DNA of 40,821 nt, from the NCBI GenBank assembly GCA_005777415.1, contig SXMI01000035.1:1-40821 (forward strand). The letters are read 5' to 3'. The position numbers were made by a program, and so were the translations under genes. Positions 1-8,133 of the stretch are shown in pieces. The stretch comes from Actinomycetota bacterium (GTDB lineage: Bacteria; Actinomycetota; Acidimicrobiia; Acidimicrobiales; Microtrichaceae). How positions within the stretch are numbered: position 1 is the first letter of the stretch; every line of letters starts with the position of its first letter. The notes beneath the pieces were generated by a model, which was given only the letters and a program-made list of their open reading frames with translations, was not told where the DNA came from and ran no database searches.

Positions 1-112
1 ATCGGCACCGATATGTTCGCTGCCGATGTTCGTTCCTCCCACGAGTGCCGTGTGTCCATCCACGACGATGTCCTTCCGTTGATTGCGAAAGTTGAGATGG
101 AACGGGTTGCGG
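1..112 (-). other. Fragment resembling a phospholipase-D/cardiolipin-synthase HKD motif. It is in a different frame from tkt and lies in a lower-GC patch.
   Basis: The minus-strand frame ending exactly at nt 1 reads IRNPFHLNFRNQRKDIVVDGHTALVGGTNIGSEHIGAD. Spacing matches HxK(x4)D(x6)GGxN, but Q replaces the catalytic H. GC of nt 1-110 is about 55% versus about 72% for the rest. Confidence 0.3.
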
Positions 113-1492
113 ATGCGCCCAGACGTAGGTGACCGGCAGCTGCTGCAGCGCGGCGAGGCGCACCGCGGGGCGCATGTAGTCGCTGAACACGAGGAACGTC
201 CCGCCGACGGGCAGGACGCCGCCGTGATCGGCCGCGCCGACCAGCAGGGCACCCATGGCGTGCTCCCGGATCCCGAAGTGGATCTGCTCGCCCTCCGGCA
301 CGCCGGCGGCCAGGACGGGGCGGCCGGGGAGCTCGGTCCCGGTGTTGCCGGTGAGATCGGCCGCACCGGCGAGCAGGCCGGGGACGTTGCCGATCATCGA
401 GGTCACGCAGGCCTGCGAGGCCACCCGCGTGGCCGGCGAGTCGTCGGGCCCGAACGTGGGCAGTGCGGCCTCCCAGCCGGGCAGGCCGGTCGCACCCTGA
501 CAGGCCTCCCACTCGGCGGCCCGGTCGGCGAGGACGACCCGGGAGCGCTGCTCCCAGTCCTCCCGCTGCACCGCCCCGCGGCGTCCGGCGGCCCGGTACA
601 TCTCGAGCACCTCGGCGGGCACGTGGAACGTCTCGTCCGGCGGGAGGCCCATGGCCTCCTTGGTCCGGCGGATGTCGTCCTCGGAGAACGCGAGCCCGTG
701 CGCCGCCGGGTCGTCGGTGTGGTCGGGCGAGGGCGTGGCGATGTGGGTCCGGAGGATGACCAGCGAGGGTGCGTCCTCGACGGCCGCGGCGGTGCGCAGG
801 CCGTCCTCGATCACATCGAGGTCCTCGCCCGCCTCGCCGAGCTCGAGCACGTGCCATCCGTAGGCCCGGAACCGGCCGGCGGCGTCGTCGGTCAGCGCGA
901 GCTCGGTCGGCCCGTCGATGGACACATGGTTGTCGTCGTAGACGTAGACGAGTCGACCGAGGCCGAGGTGGCCGGCGAGCGACGCGGCCTCGTGGCTGAT
1001 CCCCTCCTCGAGGTCGCCGTCGGAGACGAACGCCCAGATGCGGTGGTCGCACACGTCGGGGCCGAACCGGGCCCGGAGGTGCTGTTCGGCGACGGCCATC
1101 CCGACGCCGTTGGCGAACCCCTGTCCGAGGGGCCCGGTGGTCACCTCGATCCCGACGGTGTGACCTCGCTCCGGGTGTCCCGGGGTCAGCGACCCCCACT
1201 GCCGGAACTCCTCGAGGTCGCTGAGCTCCAGGCCGTATCCGGTCAGGTGGAGCATGGCGTACTGGAGGATCGAGGCGTGTCCGCAGCTGAGCACGAAGCG
1301 GTCGCGGTCGGCCCAGTGGGGGGCAGCGGCGTCGTAGCGCATGACCCGGGTCCACAGCACGTGGGCCAGCGGGGCGAGGGCCATCGCCGTGCCCTGATGG
1401 CCGGACCGCGCCCGCTGGGGAGCGTCCATGGCCAGACCGCGGATCACGTCGATCCCCAGTCGCTCGAGCTCCGGCGTCGGCTCGGTCCCCAC
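1..1492 (-). CDS. tkt: transketolase, partial. The N-terminal ~460 aa are recognisable; homology stops near nt 113 and the frame runs off the window.
   Basis: Not in the ORF track because there is no stop in the window. The minus-strand translation from GTG at 1492 (GGAG 6 nt upstream) reads VGTEPTPELERLGIDVIRGLAMDAPQRARSGHQGTAMALAPLAHVLW...FRQWGSLTPGHPE...FVSDGDLEEGISHEAASLAGHLGL...GGTFLVFSDYMRPAVRLAAL..YVWAH. These are classic transketolase TPP- and Pyr-domain motifs. The expected DSIGLGEDGPTHQ after YVW(T/A)H is absent. Confidence 0.85.
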   Translation of the reverse strand, partial: MGTEPTPELERLGIDVIRGLAMDAPQRARSGHQGTAMALAPLAHVLWTRVMRYDAAAPHWADRDRFVLSCGHASILQYAMLHLTGYGLELSDLEEFRQWGSLTPGHPERGHTVGIEVTTGPLGQGFANGVGMAVAEQHLRARFGPDVCDHRIWAFVSDGDLEEGISHEAASLAGHLGLGRLVYVYDDNHVSIDGPTELALTDDAAGRFRAYGWHVLELGEAGEDLDVIEDGLRTAAAVEDAPSLVILRTHIATPSPDHTDDPAAHGLAFSEDDIRRTKEAMGLPPDETFHVPAEVLEMYRAAGRRGAVQREDWEQRSRVVLADRAAEWEACQGATGLPGWEAALPTFGPDDSPATRVASQACVTSMIGNVPGLLAGAADLTGNTGTELPGRPVLAAGVPEGEQIHFGIREHAMGALLVGAADHGGVLPVGGTFLVFSDYMRPAVRLAALQQLPVTYVWAHPQPVPSQLSQSTEGHRRGWTHGTRGRNEHRQRTYRCR

Positions 1493-1561
1493 GGTGGTCT
1501 CCTGTTCGTGCGAGTGCCTCCGACCCGAGGTGGGCGGACGACGGGGCGACAGTAGCAAGGG

Positions 1562-2683
1562 TCAGTGCAGCGACCCGACGGCGAGACCGCCATCGCCCGG
1601 TCGATGCGCGGCGCCGTGAGCGCGAACGAGCGCGCCGACCGTCCGCAGCCCCCAGGCCGGCGCGCCCCGGGTCGACTCGGACAGGATCGCCGCGTCGCTG
1701 CTGGAGTGGTCGCTCGCCCGGGTCCGACCGTCACCGATCAGGACCAGGGCCGCCGACCGGGACGCCTCGTCGAGCGTCCTGACGAGGTCGATCTCGGCGG
1801 CGGGGCGATCGACGAGCGCGAAGCGCACTGTGGCCCCCGGTTCCGGCGCGTCGGCCACGGCCAGGCCCGTGTCGCCGATGCGGAGTCGGACCGCCAGGAC
1901 GTCCCCGCCGGGGTCGTCGGTGCCGGTGGGGGACCCTGCGGCGACCACGAGGGCGAGTGCGAACTCGGCGCGCTCCCGGCGGGACTCGTCGAGCTCCGCC
2001 ACCGATCGGAGGGCGGCGTCCGCCGCCGGCAGTCCGGACAGGTGGGTGATCCGACCGCCCTCCCGTCCGGTCACGACCCATGAAGGGCCGAAGGGTTCCG
2101 CGCCCCGGGCGGACCGAACCGACAGCGAGCCCGCTTCCAGGGCCACCCCGACCGCCCCGTCCGTCACCACGCCGTCGTCGGCGAGCAGCCGGTTCGATCC
2201 GGGACGGTGCCCCGCCCCGACCAAACCGGCGAGCACCGTCGAGCCGGGTGCGAGGGAACCGGTCAGCACCTCGAGCCCCGGCAGGTCCAGGCTGAACGGG
2301 TCGGCGAGGAGGAACAGGTCGACGGGGTCCGGGCCGAGGGACCGGAGGCCTGCCGCGGGGTCGGCCGGATCGAGTCGCAGCGGGGTGCACCGGCGACCCC
2401 ACAGCGCCATCATGGCCAGCGCCGCACGGCCGTCGGCCTGCCGGCCTCCGCCGAGCACACCGGAGGCGACGGCCCCCACGACGGCTCCGGGGCGGAGGAG
2501 CTCCCGGGCGGCGGCGACGACGTCCTCGAGTGCCCCGTGGAGCGGAGGTGTGCAGGTGACGGCGAGCAGGTCGGGGGCCGCGCCGGTGTCGGTCACCGCC
2601 TCCAACAGCGTGCCGGCGCACTCCCCGAGCGCCTCCGCGGCGACGGGGTGCTGCGACAGCGACGCCGTCGCCCGGAGCGTCAC
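1562..2683 (-). CDS. FIST-domain protein (standalone FIST_N/FIST_C, about 373 aa)
   Basis: This is the C-terminal part of track ORF 1562..3439(-). The GTG at 2683 overlaps the upstream stop (GTGA). The sequence LLAVTCTPPLHGALEDVVAAARELLRPGAVVGAVASGVLGGGRQADG...ALAMMAL fits the FIST pattern. The upstream part of the track ORF is Arg/Pro-rich non-coding-like read-through. Confidence 0.6.
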   Translation of the reverse strand: MTLRATASLSQHPVAAEALGECAGTLLEAVTDTGAAPDLLAVTCTPPLHGALEDVVAAARELLRPGAVVGAVASGVLGGGRQADGRAALAMMALWGRRCTPLRLDPADPAAGLRSLGPDPVDLFLLADPFSLDLPGLEVLTGSLAPGSTVLAGLVGAGHRPGSNRLLADDGVVTDGAVGVALEAGSLSVRSARGAEPFGPSWVVTGREGGRITHLSGLPAADAALRSVAELDESRRERAEFALALVVAAGSPTGTDDPGGDVLAVRLRIGDTGLAVADAPEPGATVRFALVDRPAAEIDLVRTLDEASRSAALVLIGDGRTRASDHSSSDAAILSESTRGAPAWGLRTVGALVRAHGAAHRPGDGGLAVGSLH

Positions 2684-3069
2684 CCGACGGGTTCGAGCAG
2701 GGTGTAGGGGACGCTGATCACGTGCCCCTGATCGATCCGGCACCGGGCCTGGACGGTGCCGGCCCGGGGGTAGGTCAGGTTCGCCCTCACGAGCTGGCGA
2801 CCGAACCGGCCGGGCTCCACCTGCAGGGGCTGGACGTTCCGGGCGACCTCCTCGCCGGCCTCGTCGGTGAAGACGACCTCGAGGACGCCCCGACCGTCCT
2901 CGCCGGCGGGGCAGTGGACGAGCACCACGAGGTGCGGGTCGACGGTGATCGGGAAGGGTGCCGGAGCCGGGGCGGAGAACTGCACCCCACGGAGGTCGAT
3001 GCGGGTGGCCGGTCCCGGCACCTGACGCATCTCGATGTCGTCGATGAACAGGGCGGCCACGATCTGCAC
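2680..3069 (-). CDS. Hypothetical 129-aa protein, predicted beta-rich, translationally coupled to the FIST gene
   Basis: Track ORF 2680..3069(-) has balanced, protein-like composition (MQIVAALFIDDIEMRQVPGP...VISVPYTLLEPVG). It has a GTG start, TAGTCT lies 6 nt upstream, and its stop overlaps the FIST start. Confidence 0.6.
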   Translation of the reverse strand: MQIVAALFIDDIEMRQVPGPATRIDLRGVQFSAPAPAPFPITVDPHLVVLVHCPAGEDGRGVLEVVFTDEAGEEVARNVQPLQVEPGRFGRQLVRANLTYPRAGTVQARCRIDQGHVISVPYTLLEPVG

Positions 3070-3075
3070 CGTTGC

Positions 3076-3081
3076 AGACTA
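3076..3081 (-). promoter_or_regulatory. Candidate -10 hexamer TAGTCT (leaderless promoter of the 129-aa/FIST operon)
   Basis: The minus strand reads TAGTCT-gcaacg-GTG(3069), a 6-nt spacer. It fits the actinobacterial TANNNT -10 consensus. Confidence 0.3.
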
Positions 3082-3124
3082 GAGCGGGCACGACTGCTGG
3101 CCGGACCCGGCGAGCGCGCCCGTC

Positions 3125-3130
3125 TAGGTT
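3125..3130 (+). promoter_or_regulatory. Candidate -10 hexamer TAGGTT (leaderless promoter of the acyl-CoA synthetase gene)
   Basis: TAGGTT-gctggc-GTG(3137), a 6-nt spacer. No Shine-Dalgarno sequence is present. Confidence 0.3.
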
Positions 3131-3136
3131 GCTGGC

Positions 3137-5296
3137 GTGTCGACGACGACCTCCGAGGACGAGTCCAAACGCCGCCTCCGGCCCCACGGGATCCCGTTCC
3201 CACCGGAGGAGCTCGCCGGGGACCCGGCGGCGGCCGTCGCCGCCGCCGATGCGATCGGTCACCCGGTGGTCGTGAAGCTCTGCGGTGAGGCCGTGGCCCA
3301 CAAGTCGGAGCGGGGTCTGGTGCGGGTCGGACTCGGCGACGCCACCGCCGTGCACCTCGCCGCCTCCGAGCTGCTCGAGGCCGCCCGACCCGAGGACCTG
3401 GCGACCGGGGTGCTGGTGGCGCCCGTCGTCCGCGGCCACCGCGAGCTCATCGCCGGCCTGGCGACGGACCCGACCTTCGGACGGACCATCGTGGTCGGCA
3501 TCGGAGGCGTCCTCACCGAGGCGCTCGCCGATGTGAGCGTCCGGCTCCTCCCGATCGGCCGGGACGATGCGCTCGACATGCTCGACGGGCTCCGCAACCA
3601 GGCGCTGCTCGGCGAGCTGCGCGGTGAGCCACCCGTCGACCGTGACGCCGTGGCCGATGTGTTGGTGGCGCTCGGCGAGTTCGCCGCCACCGCTCCCGAC
3701 GTGGTGTCGGTCGACCTCAACCCGCTGATCGTCCAGGACGGCCTGCCGGTGGCGGTGGATGCACTCGTCGAGGTGGCCGAACCCGGTGAACCGTCAGCAC
3801 CGATGCTCGCCGCGTCGACGATCCGGACCGCCGACGATCGGTTTCCCGCGCTGTTCGAACCGGCCGGGGTCGTCGTCGCCGGCGCCTCGACCCACCCGGG
3901 CAAGTTCGGCTTCGTGAGCCTCCACAACCTGCTCGCTGCCGGCTTCCCGGGTCGGATCGCCGCGACCAACCGCGACGGGGCCACGGTGCTCGGCATCGAG
4001 TGCGTCCCCGCCCTCGACGACCTGCCGGCGGGCAGCGCCGACCTGGTGTTCGTCTGCACGCCCCAGGGAGCGGTTCCCGAGGTGCTGCGTCAGGCGGCCG
4101 CCATCGGGGTGCGGGTCGCCTTCCTGGCCTCGGCCGGTTACGGCGAGGCGGGGGAGGAGGGCCGGCGGGAACAGGCCGAACTGGTCGCGCTCTGCGAGGA
4201 GCTCGGGATCCTGCTGATCGGCCCGAACGGACAGGGCGTCGTCTCGACGCCGGCGTCGCTCTGTGCGCAGATCGTGGCGCCGTACCCACCCGCCGGTGGC
4301 ATCAGCGTCGTCAGCCAGTCGGGGAACCTCGTCTCGAGCTTCCTGAACTGGTCGTGTGTCAGCGGGGTGGGGATCGCCCGGGCGCTGTCGGCCGGGAACG
4401 CCGCGGCGACGGGCGTCGCCGAGGTCCTGGAGTACTACGCGGCCGATCCCGCCACGACGGTGGCCCTGGCCTACATCGAGGGGATCGCCGACGGCTCCCG
4501 GTTCGTGGCCGGTCTGCGGGCGGCCTCGGCGGCGAAGCCCGTGGTGGTGCTGAAGGGCGGGGTGACGGCGGGCGGCGCCCGTGCCGCAGCCAGCCACACC
4601 GGTTCCCTCGCCACCGACGACACGACCTTCGAGGGGGTCTGCCGGCAGTTCGGTGTGAGCCGGGCCCGCACCGCCGAGGAGGCGTTCGACGCGGCCGCCA
4701 CGTTCGCCACCCAACCGCTCCCGACCGGTGGGCGGGTCGTGGTCGTGACCACGGTCGGGGGCTGGGGTGTGATCGCCGCCGATGCGATCACGGCCCATCC
4801 CGACCTCGAGCTGATCCGGCTGCCCCAGGAGCTCCTGGCCTCCATCGACGAGCTGCTCCCGCCCCGCTGGAGCCGCAACAACCCCGTGGACCTGGCCGGT
4901 GGCGAGACCCGGGACACGGTGCCGGCGGTGCTCGAGCTGGTGGCCTCGCACCCGGACGTGGACGCCGTCGTGTTCCTGGGCCTCGGCATCCAGTCGAACC
5001 AGGCCCGACTGCTCCGCGGGGGGAGCTTCAGCGACGACGAGGACGTCCGTCGCATCGTGGCGTTCCACGAGCGCCAGGACGAGCGCTACGCGCGGGCCGC
5101 TGCCGAGGTGTCGGACTCGACCGGGACCCCGATCCTGACCGCGACCGAGCTCGCGGTGGCGTTCCCGGACAACGCCGGGCCAGCGGCGGTGCGCTCCACC
5201 GGCCGCCTCTGCTACCCGTCGGCCGAGCGGGCCGTCGCCGCGTTGGGGCACCTCGTCCGGAGAGCACGCCACGAGGCCGGTTGTCCGCTCCGGTGA
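3137..5296 (+). CDS. ADP/NDP-forming acetyl/acyl-CoA synthetase family protein (ATP-grasp domain first, then CoA-binding and CoA-ligase domains)
   Basis: Track ORF of 719 aa. The N-terminal ATP-grasp-like region reads AIGHPVVVKLCGEAVAHKSERGLVRVGL. It is followed by the CoA-binding block FEPAGVVVAGASTHPGKFGFVSLHNLLAAGFPGRIAATN, then IGPNGQGVVS and SQSGNL motifs typical of the succinyl-CoA-synthetase-like fold. Confidence 0.8.
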   Translation: MSTTTSEDESKRRLRPHGIPFPPEELAGDPAAAVAAADAIGHPVVVKLCGEAVAHKSERGLVRVGLGDATAVHLAASELLEAARPEDLATGVLVAPVVRGHRELIAGLATDPTFGRTIVVGIGGVLTEALADVSVRLLPIGRDDALDMLDGLRNQALLGELRGEPPVDRDAVADVLVALGEFAATAPDVVSVDLNPLIVQDGLPVAVDALVEVAEPGEPSAPMLAASTIRTADDRFPALFEPAGVVVAGASTHPGKFGFVSLHNLLAAGFPGRIAATNRDGATVLGIECVPALDDLPAGSADLVFVCTPQGAVPEVLRQAAAIGVRVAFLASAGYGEAGEEGRREQAELVALCEELGILLIGPNGQGVVSTPASLCAQIVAPYPPAGGISVVSQSGNLVSSFLNWSCVSGVGIARALSAGNAAATGVAEVLEYYAADPATTVALAYIEGIADGSRFVAGLRAASAAKPVVVLKGGVTAGGARAAASHTGSLATDDTTFEGVCRQFGVSRARTAEEAFDAAATFATQPLPTGGRVVVVTTVGGWGVIAADAITAHPDLELIRLPQELLASIDELLPPRWSRNNPVDLAGGETRDTVPAVLELVASHPDVDAVVFLGLGIQSNQARLLRGGSFSDDEDVRRIVAFHERQDERYARAAAEVSDSTGTPILTATELAVAFPDNAGPAAVRSTGRLCYPSAERAVAALGHLVRRARHEAGCPLR

Positions 5297-5337
5297 GCAC
5301 GGATGGGTTCGAGGAGCCACCGGCTCCCGTCGTCCGG

Positions 5338-6765
5338 ATGCGGACCTCGAAGCGGACGCGCCCCTCGGGCCGCACTGCAGCGGTGCTCGGACTGCTGGGC
5401 ACCGTCGGGGCGCTCGTCTGGATCCTCACGGGTCCGGCGGTGGACGTGGCGTCGTCGTCGGGCCCGTCGTCCGGAACGTCGTCCGGAACAGGCGGCACAC
5501 CGCTGGCATCGCTGCGCCGGGTGCCCCGGTGGGCGACGGCGACCGTGGGGGAGCGAGCCCTGGCCCAGGCGGTCGGACCGGTGGTCTCCGAACTGCCCGA
5601 GGCCTCCTGCCTGGTCGTCCGGGACGCCGGTCGCACGATCGCGGCCCGAGACCCCGACGAGGTGGTGGTTCCCGCCTCGAACCTCAAGCCGCTGACGGCC
5701 ACCGCCGCCGTGGAGCTCCTCGGCGCCGAGACCAGGGCGGCCACGACCGTCGTGGCCGGGAGCGCTCCGGTCGACGGCGTGCTCCGGGGGGACCTGACGA
5801 TCGTCGGGGGAGGGGACCCGGTCCTCACCACGGCCGGCTACGAGCCCTACGAGGGGATTCCCCGCGAGCTGCTGACCTCGTTCGAGTCGCTGGCGGACGC
5901 CATCGCCGCCACGGGGATCCGTGAGGTGACCGGATCGGTCATCGGCGACGACACCCGCTACGACGATCTCCGGACCGCTCCGGGGTGGCGCCCCGGCTAC
6001 CTGGCCGATTCCCAGGTGGCCCCGCTCTCCGCCCTCGTCGTCGACGACGGCGCACCCTCGCCGGCGACGGTCGACCCGGCCACCCAGGCCGCCACGGTGA
6101 TGACCGCGCGGTTGCAGGAGCGTGGCGTTCGGGTGGCCGGAGCACCGCGTCGGGGAGTGGCGCCGGACGGTGCCACCGAACTGGCCCGCATCGAATCCCC
6201 GACCGTCGCACAGCTCGCCGAGGGACTGGTTCGGTTCTCCGACAACACCACCGCCGAGCTCCTCGTCAAGGAGATCGGACGGCGCGTGCGGGGCGAGGGC
6301 AGCACGGCGGCGGGGACCTCGGCGGTGCTGGAGTGGGCCAGGGGTGTGGGACTGCCGGTGGGCGGGGCGGTGCTCGCCGACGGGTCCGGACTGTCCCGGG
6401 ACAACCGGCTGAGCTGCTCGACGATGGTCGCGGTACTCGAGCGCTCCGGTCCGGACGGGCCGCTCGCCGGTTGGCTCGCCCGACCCGGACGGGCCGGAAC
6501 GCTCGACGACCGCATGGTCGGGACGGACCTGACCGACAGGGTCCGGGCCAAGACCGGCTCGCTCGACGGCGTGCGGTCCCTGTCCGGTTGGCTGGATCTG
6601 CCCTCGGGACGGGTCGTCGCCTTCGCCGTGGGAGCTGTCGCAGACGGCGCCTCCACCTCGGTCGGGCTGGAGTCGATCGAGGAGCGGATCCTGGCGGGAA
6701 CGCTGGGCTACCCGGCGGTTCCCGACCCGGCGGCGCTGCGCCCGCGGCGGCCCTCGCCGTCATGA
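5338..6765 (+). CDS. dacB: D-alanyl-D-alanine carboxypeptidase/endopeptidase, PBP4 (peptidase S13) family
   Basis: This is the C-terminal part of track ORF 4000..6765. It has a signal-peptide-like N-terminus (MRTSKRTRPSGRTAAVLGLLGTVGALVWIL), the SxxK motif PASNLKPLT, and DGSGLSRDN and KTGSL motifs. An alternative start is the GTG at 5293, which overlaps the upstream stop (GTGA). Confidence 0.8.
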   Translation: MRTSKRTRPSGRTAAVLGLLGTVGALVWILTGPAVDVASSSGPSSGTSSGTGGTPLASLRRVPRWATATVGERALAQAVGPVVSELPEASCLVVRDAGRTIAARDPDEVVVPASNLKPLTATAAVELLGAETRAATTVVAGSAPVDGVLRGDLTIVGGGDPVLTTAGYEPYEGIPRELLTSFESLADAIAATGIREVTGSVIGDDTRYDDLRTAPGWRPGYLADSQVAPLSALVVDDGAPSPATVDPATQAATVMTARLQERGVRVAGAPRRGVAPDGATELARIESPTVAQLAEGLVRFSDNTTAELLVKEIGRRVRGEGSTAAGTSAVLEWARGVGLPVGGAVLADGSGLSRDNRLSCSTMVAVLERSGPDGPLAGWLARPGRAGTLDDRMVGTDLTDRVRAKTGSLDGVRSLSGWLDLPSGRVVAFAVGAVADGASTSVGLESIEERILAGTLGYPAVPDPAALRPRRPSPS

Positions 6766-7421
6766 GCGACGCCGTCCGGCGGCTGCCGGTGTTCCCGCTC
6801 GGTTCGGTCCTCCTCCCGGGCATGATCCTGCCCCTGCACGTGTTCGAGGAGCGATACCGGGTGCTGGTCGCCGACGTCCTGGCCGCCGACGTGGCGGAGT
6901 TCGGGGTGACGCTGATCGAACGGGGGAGTGAGGTCGGCGGGGGTGACGTCCGAGCCGACGTGGGATGCCTCGCCCGGGTGCTCGAGGCGGCTGCCACCGA
7001 CGACGGCCGCTGGGCGCTCGTCACCGTCGGCACGGAACCGTTCGCGGTCGAGGAGTGGCTCCCCGATGATCCGTACCCGTGTGCCCGGATCAGTTCGCTC
7101 GAGGACCTCGACCTGCCGCCGGCGGACGCCGCCGACCGGCTCGTGGTCCTGGCGGCCGCGCTCCGGCGCTGTGCGGCGCTCGCCACCGAGCTCGGGGCCT
7201 CGGGTTCGGTGGACGTCGAACTGAGCGAGGACCCGTGGCTGGCGACCTTCCAGGCGGCGGTCCTGGCGCCGATCGGCGCCCTCGACCGCCAGCGGGTGCT
7301 GCGGACCCGCTCGGCGGTCGAGCGCCTCGCCCGGGTGGAGGAGTTGGTGGCCGAGCAGTCGCTGCTGCTCGACGGCCGGCTGCGACTGGGGTCGACCGAC
7401 GACCCTGGGCCGCTCGGGTGA
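6762..7421 (+). CDS. LON substrate-binding (Lon N-terminal, PUA-like) domain protein with no ATPase or protease domain
   Basis: The ATG at 6762 overlaps the dacB stop (ATGA). The sequence LPVFPLGSVLLPGMILPLHVFEERYRVLV is the canonical Lon-N signature. Length is 219 aa. Confidence 0.75.
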   Translation: MSDAVRRLPVFPLGSVLLPGMILPLHVFEERYRVLVADVLAADVAEFGVTLIERGSEVGGGDVRADVGCLARVLEAAATDDGRWALVTVGTEPFAVEEWLPDDPYPCARISSLEDLDLPPADAADRLVVLAAALRRCAALATELGASGSVDVELSEDPWLATFQAAVLAPIGALDRQRVLRTRSAVERLARVEELVAEQSLLLDGRLRLGSTDDPGPLG

Positions 7422-7489
7422 GCGATCCCGTGTGGCCGCGTCGGCGGTCCCGACGAGTGGTAGAAACATCGGACGCAGGAGGTCGAGCG

Positions 7490-7882
7490 ATGAGCGACAC
7501 CCAGCCCCGCCGAGGGGCCGATACTGATCGACGGGGTGGACGCAGCGACCTGCGTCGCGGTGCGGTCGCCGAGGCCACGGAGTTCAAGGACCTCGTCGTC
7601 GCGTACGCCCGTCAGGAGACGGTCGAGCCGCTGCGCAACCTCGGCCACGATCTGGCCTTCGGCATCTCCGGGGCGGTGTGCATCGCCACCGGCATCCTCT
7701 TCGCCATGCTGGCATTGCTCCGGGGACTCCAGGAGATCAGCATCTTCAACGACCCGTCCGAGGTGGCGGGCGGGAGATTCTCGTGGGCTCCCTATACGAT
7801 CGTGGCCGTCGTCGGCACGATCGTGGCGGCGATCTTCCTGCGGCAGCTGGTGCGCTTCGTCCAGCGGCGACCGCAGCGCTGA
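7490..7882 (+). CDS. Two-TM membrane protein, holin-X/DUF1469-like (phage holin family 3_6 type)
   Basis: ATG preceded by AGGAGG 8 nt upstream. A charged N-terminus is followed by two hydrophobic helices (FGISGAVCIATGILFAMLALL and YTIVAVVGTIVAAIFL). Length is 130 aa. Confidence 0.5.
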   Translation: MSDTQPRRGADTDRRGGRSDLRRGAVAEATEFKDLVVAYARQETVEPLRNLGHDLAFGISGAVCIATGILFAMLALLRGLQEISIFNDPSEVAGGRFSWAPYTIVAVVGTIVAAIFLRQLVRFVQRRPQR

Positions 7883-7908
7883 GGACGTCGAGGCAGAGGA
7901 GCACGCTC

Positions 7909-8133
7909 GTGACACAGCACGCCAGCACCACGGAACCGGCGATCGGCCGTGACGACCTGAAGGCCAAGCTCACCGACATCCAGGGCGAGACCCGGGAGCA
8001 GGTCGAGGGGGTCCGCAACCAGCTGCTCGCCGCCGGCGTCCTCGTGACCCTGCTGGTGCTGGTCGTGGCGTTCGTCCTGGGTCGCCGCGCCGGACGGCGG
8101 TCGTCGGCGGTCATCGAGGTGCGTCGGGCCTGA
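7909..8133 (+). CDS. Small membrane-anchored protein (74 aa): coiled N-terminus plus one C-terminal TM helix
   Basis: GTG with GAGGAG upstream. The sequence is ...LKAKLTDIQGETREQVEGVRNQLLAAGVLVTLLVLVVAFVLGRR. It lies in frame at the end of track ORF 7678..8133. Confidence 0.45.
   Translation: MTQHASTTEPAIGRDDLKAKLTDIQGETREQVEGVRNQLLAAGVLVTLLVLVVAFVLGRRAGRRSSAVIEVRRA

Noticed and set aside
83-1555. 490-aa + strand ORF at the window start
   Set aside because: It lies antisense to the transketolase frame, which carries canonical TPP-binding and Pyr-domain motifs.
4000-6765. 921-aa + strand ORF suggesting a giant fusion protein
   Set aside because: Only the last ~475-490 aa (from 5293 or 5338) look like a protein (PBP4). 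The upstream part overlaps the acyl-CoA synthetase gene out of frame and is Arg/Gly/Pro-rich junk. The same applies to the N-terminal extensions of track ORFs 5985..7421, 7079..7882, 8962..10794, 21765..23231, 23077..24213, 23922..25157, 24883..25773, 27888..31193, 30806..31834 and 39075..39890.
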